From Saccostrea echinata (taxonomy: Eukaryota): a stretch of DNA of 64,000 nucleotides. The notes under the pieces were generated by a model. The model saw only the letters and a list, made by a program, of their open reading frames with translations, had not been told where the DNA came from and ran no database searches. Of this stretch, positions 23,750-37,484 are shown one piece after another; positions within the stretch are counted from its first letter, which is position 1, and each line of letters begins with the position of its first letter. Location: assembly GCF_033153115.1 (NCBI RefSeq), contig NW_026889766.1, positions 3,658,001-3,722,000 of the forward strand, read 5' to 3'. A program made the translations under genes and the position numbers.

Positions 23750-26700
23750 ATGATGTCGTCGAAATGTACAGACCTACCAGAAAAGGCCCCGGGCACCGGT
23801 CCTTGCTCCCGAAGACTCTGGGTATTCCTGGTCTTAGGGGCGGTAGACATTGTGTTAGGCCTTATCAGCGTTGGCCTTTATTTCAACATTCAGGCAATCA
23901 CCACCTCTGACAGTTTGACGGAAGTGATACCCGGGTATATCGTTTGTCTTGTGGTGAGTATAGTGTACGTATACGTTTAAATCAAGAATTCAACCCGACA
24001 CCTCTTATCAAGAGATCACAGTCTCTGTTATTTTAGAGTGTGTCATTTAATGTGCAGTTTTTGGCCTTGTGAAAATGATTTAAGTGTGAACAATCACCAA
24101 TTAAAGACACTCAACAAAGGAAGAGATAATTGTGAGAATTGCTGATTTATTGAATCCCATGAGTGGAAATGATCATATTTAGAAACGGGAGATTAAAACA
24201 AGGAAGGTTTATATATGTACGTACCGAACTGTATTCAGATTTGCTAGATATGGTAGCTTATACAGCCAACATCCGACCGTGGATCCACGTACGTTATATT
24301 TGTCCACTCTTCGAAAGTGCTAGGGTAATGGTTGTTACGACCTTGCTATATTATAAGTAAACCCATTAATAAACCTATAGGACAAGCCAGGCAATGAAAC
24401 ATTAGCATGGAACTGTTATCAAACTCCTATCAGATGTTTCTTCTAGAAATTGAGGTGAAAACAGATGTAGTTAATGCTCGTTTGACACTACACCCCGACC
24501 TAATCGCTGCCTTGATCTGTACAGATCTAAGCGTCTTTACAAATAAGTGTGGAAGTGCTATGGGGGCTGAATATAATTATAAAGTGTTTGTCAGTATTAA
24601 TACAGTAACTAAAATATTTCATGCTCCAAAAACACACAGACTTTATTGTACCTAATCCGTGACAGGCTTCACATAGAGTTTAGATGTATATAGTGTGTGT
24701 GCATTGATAGCCATATGTCTGTGTGTGTTGTTGTGGTAATTGTGCATATTATATGTATGTTGATCGATTGCCAACCATATTGTTCAAAATTAATGTTTTT
24801 TTCTGTGATAAAATTATATCCAAAGGAATGTACAGGCTTAAATATACTGTAACATTTTTAATTTTAGTGGCAAAAGTTGACAGCCCTTGCATTTAAGCTA
24901 ATACAGTGTATAAAAATTGTGTTATATGGAGAGCTTTTTATGCTCCGAAAGTCACACGGGCTAGGTCCCGTATTGCAAGCTATCCGAAATTCTAAAAATG
25001 GTGCCTTAGATATGACATTTGGTAGAAAAGGTCCCAAGATTTGTAATGTTTGAGTTAAATAGTAACAGACGGCCTTAGCACTGTGGTCAACACCAAGGTG
25101 ATCAAAATCCCATTGTCCGTCAAGAGTACATTTGTTACTCTGTCAAATGTCCCCGGACCTCGCCCAGTCAACGGGCACCTTGCCGTTAAATTTCGGACAA
25201 AATAACCCCCGTTTTCAACAATGTTCAACGTGTGTTGGAATGTGTCCTCCATTGTTCATGACCCCCCTACGGAGATTTAGCTCTTTAATTAGACCCCCAT
25301 TTATGTATTCAAAATCCACCATTGTCATCCCCTAGCAAAACCACCTGTCGTATTTTCCACGGTTCGGCGCGGGTCAAAGAGGACGACATAAAGGCGAAAG
25401 AATTCACCGTCTTTTTATATCTTTTGATTTTGAAAGTGCAAGAAAGAGATCTGTATCACAAAGAAAAGGGTAGACCTCGAATGCATCCTTTGTATCGGTG
25501 TGTAATTAAGGTCCCAACAAGCGACGAGGGATGCAAGAGAGCGTTTTGTGTAAAGAAATGATGGGGACAAATTTGTTATCCATGGGATGAAACAGGCAAA
25601 CAGTATTAATTTGGGAACCAGATCTCAATTGTTGCTACATGAATATGATTATGATTTCAGAGAGAGTTAATCGCAAGATCTTATGTTTAATTTTAACAAA
25701 TATAACATGCCAAGGTGAAGTAAAGATATAGATCATTATGTAAAGACTTTTTACTTAAATATGCTTTGATTTCATTTCATTTCCATGTACCTAATTTTTT
25801 TCCATCAATGGCCACTAGGATTATTTAAGAGTTCTCTATGGCGAAACCTTTCCCATCAGACTACTTGTTTTTTGTTTTTTTTTTAAATTATTGGAAAAAA
25901 TACTTTTTTACTTTTTAAATTAAAATTCAATAGGCTTCCTTGTGTTTCTAAATAAGCTATATGTGGATTTTAAACAAATTCCTATACATGACACTTCGAT
26001 CCGCTCCTTTTCTACAATTTTGATCACACTTCATTATCCCTAACCACCATGAGAATGAGCGTGGATAACGTTGTTCCTCATTATATTGTCGTCTGTGAAG
26101 TTTTATGAGTGCCAGACTCATAATTTCAACAGCCACCGAAATTGCGTGTAAACGTTCTATCGACCTTTTTCTATAAAGACCGTGGGAAAATCTCCTGCAC
26201 GCGCGGCGCTCTCAGTTTTTCACCGAGGTTAACTCGCAATTCTTGATGTAGGAAAATATTAGTTTCAGTGCTAATCATTTGTTTTCCATTAGCCCATTAC
26301 CCCCCTTTTCCCTCGCAACATTACAATTAAGTATATCTCCCTTTATATGAGTTTTCCCATTTTTAAATTGAGTATGATAAAGTATTCACATTCTTTGCCA
26401 ATTGCATGGTGTACCACAACTTGGATACATGTAAGATTTAACATTTTTATATGATTCGAAAATACCAAATACTATAGTAATATTTTATTCATAAGTACAT
26501 GTATATATAGGTCAAGCATTCTTATTTTTAAAAAAAGAACAATATTTGATATCAGGGATAGAGTATCTGTGTAGTTAAACCTGTTAAAACTGTGTTACAT
26601 GTAGGTGGTTGCCAACCCCCATTGTTTCAACAAAGCGTTAGTCCCAGTGTGGGCTGATGAAGTGGGAAGGAAAAAGTGACATGATAAATTCGACATCTGT

Positions 26701-29201
26701 TTTAAGTTTAATTTAATAAACAACCGTTCGATGGTCAGAGAGATAAAAATAAAAACACGTGGGAACTGACGGGGGCCAACAATGGGGGAAGAGGAAAAAT
26801 AATGTATCATAGTAAAGTACATACTAGTTAAACTGATAAAGAGGGGAAGTTAACACTTGTGATAGACTTTAATATAATTGTTAGGAAAGAAGATTTACTA
26901 TTATGTATTTAATGTGTGTAGCATTTGTATTAAAAAGGAAGATAACCCCGCTTTATCTTTTTTTTTTATCACGGCGGTGTATCTGGCTAGCTTTGTTGTT
27001 TTTGTAGGAAAAAAGTCATCATGCCAAATTAAAAGTGTTTATGCGATGGAATTTATGCAAATAACGCCACAGTTCAGTCAGACACCCGATACTTTATAAA
27101 ATAAGTCAAGCGAGGCGACTGTCGTCTGTACACACTTCTGAAACGATTGACTGGCCAGACATCGGGTTCAACGCGTGGAGAGAGGGGATTTGAACAAATC
27201 TCTTTTTAAAACATATTCAGAATTCTTCATGCTTTATTGTCCGTAATGTTCATGTATCATTTATCAATTCGCTGATTTTATACAGACTTCACAAATTCTT
27301 TTTACAGAATGGTAGCTAAGCTGCACGATTTTTCAAATTATATGTGTGTCATTAAAATTCTACATGTTATTTCACTCATTCATGTTACACTTAAGGAAGC
27401 TCTGAACACTGCACACTAAAGAGTTCTAATTGTAGGGTAGTTTTATACAGTATGAGTGATCTGCCCTTGTAAGTAAGATAGAAAAAATGGTTATTTATAG
27501 TTAATTACACAATTTGTAATAGATTGAAATATTCGTAGCATTATATTAGACCAAGAAAAAGTAATTGAATTCATTATTTCCATTAATTTTCCCATTGTTG
27601 GTAGACAACAGTGATTTCTGTTCACGCATAGACCATTGTCTTTGAACATTTTTCTTGCAGAAATAAGGCAGGTACCCTATGTTGAAAATGAATTAAATAG
27701 TCGATCTCAATATGGACACCTTTATATGATATATTTTTCTCCAAGTCCAAAAAGCACTTTTTATTAGTGTTTAGAGCTTCCTTAAGATATAATGAAGAAA
27801 GACAACTCTGTAAGGAAAGTCTGGAGTCTGTATTGATCACATGACCAGAGGAATAAAAATACAGTATAACACGGATAAAGCGAAGACGCATATAATGATT
27901 CACACTTACATCGAAGAAATTTTTATTCCCTGCAGTTTTAAAACGTATTATAAACAGATGTAAGAATTTAATACATTTATAACGAACCAAAATACCTTGT
28001 CCCTTGTACTTCACTTCACATTTTCTCAAATGTACACACAGATTTCAAAATAATAATCACTAGTATGTTTTTTTTTCTTGCGGAAAACTAAATTTGGTTT
28101 AGCACGAACAATAAACAATCGAAAAGTGTACTTATTAATAAGTATTTTTATTTTTTGTGTAAAGTACAATTTTTTTGTAGTCAACCCACAGAAATGCAAT
28201 TGGCAAGTAACATTCCTAAACCGTCTTCTCTAACCATACTTTACATAAGCAGGGATAGAGATTGAAGTTTACGAAAAGGTCTTGAATCCCCCTCCCTGAT
28301 CTATAAAGGTATGATAATTATTTGTTTATTTATAATATGTAATATTTCTCTTTTTTGTAGGTCCTTCTAAAAGGGTCCATTGTGCTTGTTTTATTTTGGT
28401 TGCGGCCATCTTGTCTGGTAAGTGTTAGCATATAATATCATTGTTATCTGTATAATTTATAACAGTGATTTTTCCTATATTTTTCTTTATAACTGGTTGT
28501 TTAAGCTTTGGTGACTTAATTCTTATTTATGTCTCTATCTCCTGGGAAATATACCAGGACAAAAACGTAAGTAAAGAATATTTAAGTTACAAAAATATTT
28601 ATGTATAATTTTGCTCGCTATTGCTTTATATTTCTTAGATATTTGTCTGTCTTGCGGTGGCTACAGGTTGTGGACTTCTTTGTGTTGTGTCGGCCATCTT
28701 GTGTGTGACGCATGTCCTTCAGCCAATCACAAACCTCGACTCATGTACCTATGTCAAGCAGGAATCAGTTTGCGAATGTAAATCGTCCTATCGGAGAGAT
28801 GGCTTAACTGTAGAATTTCTCCCTGCAGGTTAGTCATAGGTGGATTCAATTACACTCAATTTTTCAGATTTTGGTGTCTCTTCCATTTTAAGTGAGAAAT
28901 GTATGTATATAAATAATTAGATATGTGAAAAGTAAATGTTTAGTTTTTATTCTTTAAATTCAGATAAATTGATAGTCAGTTTATATAATTGGTTGAAACA
29001 GAGATGTCTTCTTCTTTTTAAAGAAAAAGATAAAATAAAGTTTGAAAGAAGCACTAGCTGTGAGGACATTGAATCTATACTTCCGGTCCTATTATATGCT
29101 GAGTGCGCCCTCTATTTGTGTATATTCATCGTGTGTACCATCGTCGCTGTCCTCTCATTCCTCATCATAAAGTTAGAGAAAAGAAATATTTTAAGGGTAA
29201 G

Positions 29202-29239
<38 letters not shown>

Positions 29240-32200
29240 TAAGTACATGCTTGATCTCATTCCATGATAGTAGCAATTCAAAGCACTGTTATTAGGAGTA
29301 CCCCAAAAGTGCAATGCGAATTGCATTCTTTGTGATTTGAGATTTGTCCTGAGACTACCCAGTCTTCGCTAGGCAAGTGTTTCTGATTCGCTTACCTCCT
29401 CACAACCAAAAAGTTTGTGAAGAGGAACGGACACACTAACCTAGCGAAGTTAATCAAACCAAACGAAGTTCCCTCTGTTATAAAGACCTAATTTTCTGCC
29501 ATACCATTGCTCATATAAATTTAATATATAGCTTACAACTGAATGCCTAGATCTTCCCTAATACGCTAATACCGAAACCTTGAAAATGTTAAAGAAATAA
29601 AAAAAAAAAAACAAAATTCATCTGAAACTTAAGTAGTCGTTTATGGTTTATCAGAACAAGAGAAAAAAAAATTGCATTCAGGTATCACTCAAAACTAGTA
29701 TTAGTAACAAAAACAAACATTCAGTGTAATCAGACCTAAAATCGATTACATTTCTTTCAAAATGAAAACTGGAAGTTTAGTAGAGCTCCCAACCGGAAAA
29801 GGAAGATCGGTGTGAATTGGCACTGAGTATACTTCCGTGTATGTTGATACCGGGGCGAGAGCGCACCCTAACGAGGTCCCCAGAGTTTAACTGGGCGACC
29901 ACCACCCCTGTTGTCATGTGGTACTCGCTGTTCTGCTGGCTGTCCGTGATGACGTTTCCTGTAACAGAATGATTTTGAAATTAAACGTACGGAATATTTG
30001 TGTCCCGGGTTATTAATTCATTCAGTTGAACATGTAATTTTTGTCTTTTTAGAAGCCCCCTATCTAATGATGTCATTTTTGATGACTTGGGAACCTATTC
30101 GACCTATTGACACATGATATTTATACATATAATGTATCAGTAGTATCAGTAGCATTGAATTTACAGAAATTACGTAGCCATTCTGAAACTGCCTTCAATT
30201 TTATCCCAGTGAACTACAAAATTCCCTTGTTTTTGTGAATGACTCACTGAATATTTTTTTAAGTGACGTCAGATTTGTCTAAGCCAATGAAAACACCCTG
30301 TAGCAATGTTGGATACGTTTACATGGCGGCGCCCATAATGAAACCATCTTCGCAATAAAGAAAATGAAATATATTCTGAAATCCCTACAAAGTTTAGCAT
30401 TAAAAGACAGGATTTTTCATGCAAATTTTGTGCTACGCTGAATATACACTGAATAGTGTCACTCGTCTAGACAAGGAAATTCGAACCAAGGTTGATATGC
30501 GCTCGTGGTTATGGTACCTTACATCCAAATATAAGATAGACCGATCATTTTCATTGGACAAAAAATTCTGACGAAGCGAGACAGATCGTTATTCCACTGG
30601 TTTAGTGTGTGTCAATAATATGTTATTAGAGCGAGCGAATCCATGGGCTTGTGGAAAAGAATGAAAACAAAACCCTTGGCTTGCGAAGATGTGAATACAT
30701 GTACGCAAAGTAACCTTTCTTAATTTACATATTAACTATAAGATAATCTGAACCCACCATTCAATTTGACGTTTTCTTCTGTTAAACTCTTTATAAATGC
30801 TTTATATGCACCAATTTATCCATTGAGATTTCTAATCTAGTTATCTTCTATGTATAATTCCGGCTATATATAAACTGAGATTTTGTTGAAATACATACCA
30901 AATGCTTTATTATACGATAGCTATATCTCTACCTGGCCCACATCTACAGATACAAGTCTCTATGCACATGTATTTAGTTTCACCATGTTGCTGACTATAC
31001 ATCTGGAATTCTCATCTTTCATAGAAAACCTGGTCTTCTTTCTAAGATCCTCTTTGATTTCCAATTATGGTTTGCGCTTTATATCTATTATAAACGCTTT
31101 GGTCCACCGTAATAGGAATTCTAGCTATTTAGAGGAATTTTTGTACATGCCTAAACTCTTGATCCACATAAAAAGCATTCTAGCTATTAACAGAAAATGT
31201 TTGTCATACCTAGTGCAACAGAGTTAACGGTGAGTTCCGAGAAAACATAAGAATTAGAATCCACGGTGATAGTCCAGGTAAACACGTAAGTCCCGGCATG
31301 AGGGGCTGTAAATACTCCCGATGTGTTGCTGTAACCGGAACCGACGTTAGTCCGGATGTTATCGAAAACGAAAGTAGTATCCGGATGAGGATACTGCAAG
31401 TTGTTGTTCATATAGGCGTAGAAAGCGTTACGAGTGGAGCCTTGACCTAATTAAATGAGAGACAAAGTATGCTAAGTATTTTAAGTGTTTTTAAGTATTT
31501 TAAAGTTGGTATATTAGAAACGATTTAATATTTACTAAAACATATCTAACAATAACAAGCAGATGACAAATTCCTTTTTGGGTGAATAAAATATCCAGTT
31601 AAAGAATATTAAAAAATAACGGTCAGTTTTTAAAAGATTTCTTTGGCTTTAAAGCCAATTATACTTTTACATGACCGGAAAAAGAACTTCAGACTAAATT
31701 GAGAACAGAGGTGGTATTTTGAACAAAATGTTGTACGTATTTCACATTTACCGAAAGAAAAAACAAATTACTAAATGTACATAAGACAATTACGTTTTGT
31801 CAGTCCTACATGTTCGTGTATTTGCGAGTCACACTTGTCTGATAATGCATGGATTTCTTTTCGTCCTTGAATGGCGTCTGCCTCCAGCACTCTCACTCGA
31901 TCTTCTAGCTTCTGAATTGTCATCAGCAATTGACCAATCAGATCTTCGCTTTGTTGAGATCCCACCTCATCCCTACCGCTTGCTGTTGCCAAGGAGATGA
32001 GAACACAAAGAAGCGCAGCTGCAATATCGCGAGGTCCCATGTCCAAAAAATGGCTGAATGCAATGAAACGGCCTTATCTGAGATCACTAACCTAGTCCTG
32101 TCTGCAGAATGTCTGTGTCACACATAGCTTATATAGACCAAAGTGCCCGTGGTTCGTTTGGAGAGATAAGAATAAGTCCAAACTGCAGTACTTAATACAC

Positions 32201-34828
32201 TATGGATCATAAGCCGGAATCGCCATCGACGGTATCACGACTGTTATTGTTGTTTTGTGTTGTTAAAACGTCGTGCATTGTACTGGGTAAAGGGTTCTTT
32301 CGTGCACAGTACTTGAAATGGACGGGTTATACACTTCACTTATACACTGTGTTTATTTGTACTAACTCGACTCGGTCACCATTTGATCTGCATATGACGT
32401 CACCGACTGTTTAGCTGATTTCAGTACAGCATGGGCTATATCTCTGGTGCTTATCAACCTACATTTTCATATGCCCGATTTCCCCCTTCACCTTTCTGCA
32501 AGTTTTATGGCAGGTGTATTAGTTATTGGAAATTTGCATTCAAGTAAATTTTGAAAAATGTTCCTAAAAGTATTTTGAAAGAAATCCAAGATTCCATCAT
32601 CATGTAGTGCGCTTTTCTCTCACAACATACTAGTAATATCTAACATGTAGAGAAACATTGTGAAATAATATAAAAGAATTAAAGAGACAATATTAATTTT
32701 GACTGTTTATCTCTCAAAATGGATAATATCTGTATTACAGTGAACGTGAAAACTAAGTGTTAATCCCACATACATGACAATTACAATATCATGAAGGTTT
32801 TAAATGTGTGTGCTTTGTGTCGTATGAAATACTTTTTTAATCTTTAATTTGTTTTTTGATATTTTTTAGAATGAAACGTATGAAGAGATTTTTACCGTAA
32901 GCGGGGGATCTTCCTGCAGTGAAAGTGACGGCGAACCGGAAGCAGACTCCACTCCCACATCTGAAGGAAATACCGGACCGGGAAGACCGGAAGTACCCAG
33001 TCAGCTAGACGGCAGGAACACCTGCCCACCCGGGATCCTAAAAAATCAGGATAAACATGAAATTCTTGTAGAAAAATCTCTCTCGCGTTCAAAATCATGC
33101 GATTCTATTGATCTAATTTACGATGCCTCCGAAAGCGACAAGGTAAAAAAGGGCCGTCTTAAAGAACATAGAAGAAGGGAGAGGCGCGCTGTCACTCTCA
33201 ACAACCTCGACTCGAAACAGTTACTGTTGATTTTAGATCTGCAGAGAAGATATCAGGAAGAAACTCGCTTGTTGAAATCTCAGGGAAATCTGAATATTAC
33301 TCCGCCCGGTGCGACACCTAGTGCGGACATCACTATCCAAAGAAGGGCAATAACTCCTCAACCGTATAGAAAACCTAATCCCAACACTCTGCCACGTTCA
33401 CATACACCACAACCTGGTCCCGTTAGTGGCTGTAATATCAGAATGGGTGAATTAGCTCGCGATCTACAGAATTGTCTTAGAGAGAGAGAATCTGCTACGC
33501 AGATTCAAGAACCACAAAGAAAAACTGACGGATCTGACGACAAGAAACTGATGCCTCAGAACGACGGTTATGTTCATATGGCTCCAAGACCAAAGTCCCG
33601 TCCATCTGTACAAAAATACTTTCTTCCACCACACCCAGTACAGAGGTGCAGATCCACATCTCCGTTCACCAACCCGCGCCATAGAAGGACTTCTCCTTCT
33701 GAACAACTGCCGTCTCAACCGAAATCGCGAACGCTTGATCCGACGACACTGTTACCACCCGCACCCATACAACGAAACGGATCCGCATTCCAATTAGTAG
33801 GACATCCTGTTGGACCAATGTATAATAAAGGATCTGTTTCTCACGATGTTGTGTTCCGAACACCTGGAGAGGTTTTCTGCGAAAATGCAATCCGGGACAA
33901 TTTCAAACTGTATTCAAGTCCTTTTCTCTTAAAAAATACGAAGCAGGGGCGTGTTGACTCTGTGTCTGGTTCAAACATAACACCGCCTTATTCAGGTCCA
34001 CCGTCGTACACGGACTTTCTTTCTAGAACGGATTCTGCCCAGGAATCCGGATCAGAGCATATATATGAGACGTACGAAAACATCTCAGAAACAAAATCAC
34101 CTTCGAAAAAGGTCTCATCTCCGAAAAGGAGTCCCAAGAAAATGAGTGACATTGTTCAAACTACAGAGAGTGAGGACGACGTGTTTCTCCCTGTTAAGGC
34201 CTCGCCATGTGGTGCAAATTCCTCACCCTTACAGCCTTATATCCCCGCGTATAACGACTCCAGTCGTAGACGAAAACCAAAGAAACGAAGTGGGCGACAG
34301 AAACAGGCAGCCAATGATATCGCTGATTTCATTAGTCACGTGAGTCCTTCTAAGACCACAACAAAGTCAAGTGATTTCATTCAGCATCAGAGCCCTCCAC
34401 AAAATGACAATGTATATGCAATAAGTGCCAAAGCAAGAACTAAATCAGCAAACATTGACACTGAATGCGAAAGCGAAAGCCGAAGTTCTGGAAAATTGAA
34501 CACAAACAATTTTCCACAAATGCGTTCTAATTCAGCCAGTGCATCGGAAGAAAAAGTAGATGAAAAACAATCGTCAAAGAACGAGACAAGTTCGACGAAG
34601 CCAGGGAGATTTCTCTCTGGATATGTTATTGGAGCAAGAGGTTATTCCAAACGTATGTCTGAGAGTTCCGGATGTACGTACGAGGATGTGGAAGAATCAT
34701 CAATAGGAGTTTCAAGCCAAGCATCTCTAATCTCAAGTAGTGACGAGATAACGCGAGAATTCAATAGAGCAATAGATGAGATCCACCCAGGTCTGGGCGA
34801 TCCAAGAGTTCTGGAGACTATGATTTGA
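23750..34828 (+). CDS. Four-transmembrane (CD20/MS4A-, sarcospan- or ENTREP/FAM189-like) protein with long disordered tail, ~860 aa
   Basis: Exons 23750-23953, 28361-28417, 28639-28828, 29024-29196 and 32870-34828, all GT-AG and in phase. Four hydrophobic helices with a Cys-rich loop between TM3 and TM4 (SCTY…VCECK…SCE). A ~650-aa S/P-rich tail carries PPSY and ends in ETMI. Family assignment is inferred from topology. Confidence 0.8.
29203..29234. repeat. (CT)n microsatellite
   Basis: Direct reading, just inside the intron after exon 29024-29196. Confidence 0.9.
29777..32040 (-). CDS. Secreted C1q-domain-containing protein (signal peptide, coiled coil, gC1q; 221 aa)
   Basis: Exons 32040-31794, 31446-31210 and 29958-29777 are in phase. 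Signal peptide MGPRDIAAALLCVLISLATA and coiled coil IQKLEDRVRVLE. gC1q motifs: AFYAY, FVFDNIRTNVGSGYSNTSGVFTAPHAGTYVFTWT, LNSGDLVRV, SSFSGWELY*. Confidence 0.93.
32129..32135 (-). promoter_or_regulatory. TATA box of the C1qDC gene
   Basis: TATATAA on the minus strand, ~90 bp upstream of the ATG at 32040. Confidence 0.55.
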
Positions 34829-35664
34829 CGCATGTGCATTGTTAAGTTCCTCTCTAGACATTTATTGATTAAAAGATTTCATGTAAATTTCTGCAAATTA
34901 ATATGAAATAACGTGTAATGAAAGGGTGGGGGTCAAGGAATAACAAGCACACAAGTGAGATTGTGAATTTGTGTTCTGTTTACAAAACACTGTTTATTAT
35001 ATACTTTGTATGTGAATGTGTTCAGTCAGATTTTATGACATTATTTTCTGTTTTACCTTTATAGATTTACTTTTGTAATGTAGTTATGTCGTATTTGCGG
35101 CTGACATAGAAATAAATTTAAATTATATGTTTCAGTTTTCAAATCTATCTACAGTATAAAAGATATCAACAGATTCAATGTCGAAATTTCTAGTTGAAGA
35201 ACATGTTCAAACATGCGCGGATGTAGACCCCCCCCCCCCTCCGAATTTGCAGAGGTATTAAATGTATATACTAAACCAACTAAAAGTGACCTTGGACCAC
35301 CCGCTAGAAAACGCGAACCCCTGTTAAGTTGATCGGAAAAGTCGTACATCATATGGAGCTCAAGAAGTGAAGTGGAGCGGCAACAACCCCGCCAACCCAC
35401 CCACCCCCCACCCCCATTCACGAAATAGGTTTTTCACATTTAGGAAAGATGTTTACTTTTTTATACGGCCGTTTTAAGGTATTCAATGTATAATGAAGGG
35501 ATATCGAACTCGTCTAGACAAAGAAATTCGAACCAAGGTTGATGTGCGCAAAAAAAAAAAGATAATTTTATCCAATCTGATTAAAATCAGATCCTTTGAT
35601 CCGCTCACATGAATCGCTACACAACCAGTTGAGAAATTTATGATGTATTATTTGTTATAATTAA

Positions 35665-36017
35665 GGACATACGCAACATAGTTTTGAACTTTATTTTCAT
35701 ATTCCCTGAATAATTTAATAGATACAATAACTGAGTGACCTTTGTGCAATTTTATGATGTCCCGTAATGCACTACACCTTTCCCGATTCAAATTTTGGAG
35801 AAATACCCGCTGAAACTTTTCCCCCTTAATTTTTCTTTTAAAAATGCAATGATTTTCATCATTTGATGTCTGTTCAAAAATCCTGGAAATGTCTGCTGAT
35901 TTTTTGTCTTAGAACATGTGATGGAATTATGATTTTAAACTAAAATATCAAGGAAAATTATCAGTGGGAAAGGTACATTAATTGTAAAGTACATGTCCAT
36001 ATACATTGCGTATATCC
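35665..36017. mobile_element. Kolobok-like MITE with TTAA TSD
   Basis: TTAA|GGACATACGCAA … TTGCGTATATCC|TTAA. GG/CC termini rather than the piggyBac CCC/GGG. Confidence 0.8.
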
Positions 36018-37411
36018 TTAATACCTACACCACAGGAGAAGTATGTACAACAAACATTAAAGGGAATGGAAAAATCATTGAAATCTTTCTATCAAGGTTA
36101 ACATGATTTTCTTGCACTCTAAACTGTTTATGATAATTGAACAATATTTGATGGGTGTGTCGTGCTGTGGCGGGGCAGTTTATTCCCTTGCTTGTCAAGA
36201 AATTTCTTGGTTGGACTTTTTTGGACCCCCCCCCCTTAGAAAAAAATTCCTGGATCCGCGCCTATTCAAATGAGGAATAATATATGCAACAGTAACACTG
36301 GTTGTGACTAGATGTATTTGGGGTGAAAATGACAAAGAATGTACACAATATACATGTAAACAAAGATTGGCGGATCGAGGCAATACTGCCCCGTGTAAAC
36401 AAACCATAAAGGTCCCTTATAAACGTTGATCTAGAGTCGTTTTGAGTTTACCTATAGAATTGAACAGCGGATAAGAATGGGTCAGTATATTGAGAGATCT
36501 CTTCATATGTAACAGCTTTCATTTTTCTTCAAATACAGATCAATCAGTTATTGTTGCATGTGTTCCATTTTTGGAGGGGAGTACTTTTTTTCATAAATGG
36601 GGATTGGAAGAGATGGGGGAGGGTGGAGTCATCATTTTTTTGATCTAAAAAAAATCCTGTCATCCCCTAAAAGTTGCGAAAATCTATATCCTTCCTTTAT
36701 ATGTACGAAAAAATGATGTTATCATAACTCAGTTGTTAAAATTTATTCGGTGGGGGGGGGGGGGGGGGGGGAGTTCATTGTCTGAAGTATCTCTGTCGCA
36801 CATTGAATGTTTCGTGAATTTCTTTCAATGTTAAAAGATTGCATGGATTTTTATTATCTCTTCTAAGGCCATGTGTCTGTAATTCATTAATGGAAATAAC
36901 TAGACTGGAACGAGAAAATTGATTCTTTATTCATATACAGGTTCTTACCTTGTTAAATCAGTCAGATGTAAACGCCAAAAACATTATCATTAACCTCTCA
37001 CAAAATAGTTACAAAAATTCCTGAATCTCAATTCAGCTGTTTTAGACAAGCGTAATAATCCGTCCTGATAAAATTGCTCTTTGAGATATGAGCGAGTTAT
37101 TGCCCTTACAATATTAGACTTTTTCTTTCGAAATAAAAAAAAAACATTTATTTGGTTAAATTGAGGAGAAATCATAGTGACGTGTCATGCAGATTTTTCT
37201 ATGAAGGGCTCGAGTCTTTACAAAAAATGGCTTTGCTATAAGTTCATTACATGTACAATATAATTGTACATCGAGATTTATTTTCATATTCCATGCATGC
37301 TTGGCACTAGGACTGTCGGAATGTTTCGTGTCGTGGAAATTGAGCAACTAAATTTACCGGAAGTGGGTGACAGACTATTAGTACTAGTTTAGCAGGAAAG
37401 GAGAAAATAAA

Positions 37412-37484
37412 TGGCTGGACCGGGAATCGAGCCCGGAACCTCTGCATCACAAGTCAGGTACTCTATCAACTGAACTTCTCAGAC
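37412..37484 (-). pseudogene. Degenerate tRNA-like sequence (SINE head or tRNA pseudogene)
   Basis: Minus strand reads GTCTGAGAAGTTCAGTTGATAGAG…GGGCTCGATTCCCGGTCCAGCCA, with decayed A/B boxes and imperfect stems. Confidence 0.55.

Noticed and set aside
30883-31227. 114-aa plus-strand ORF and other short AT-rich ORFs (e.g. 1139-1513, 27622-28029, 43766-44640, 60942-61289)
   Set aside because: Low-complexity F/I/K/L-rich translations inside introns or transposons, with no motifs or consistent splice context.
33464-34839. Overlapping and antisense ORFs inside the long exons (also 38959-40064, 55498-56503, 63438-63770)
   Set aside because: Shadow frames of real coding exons.
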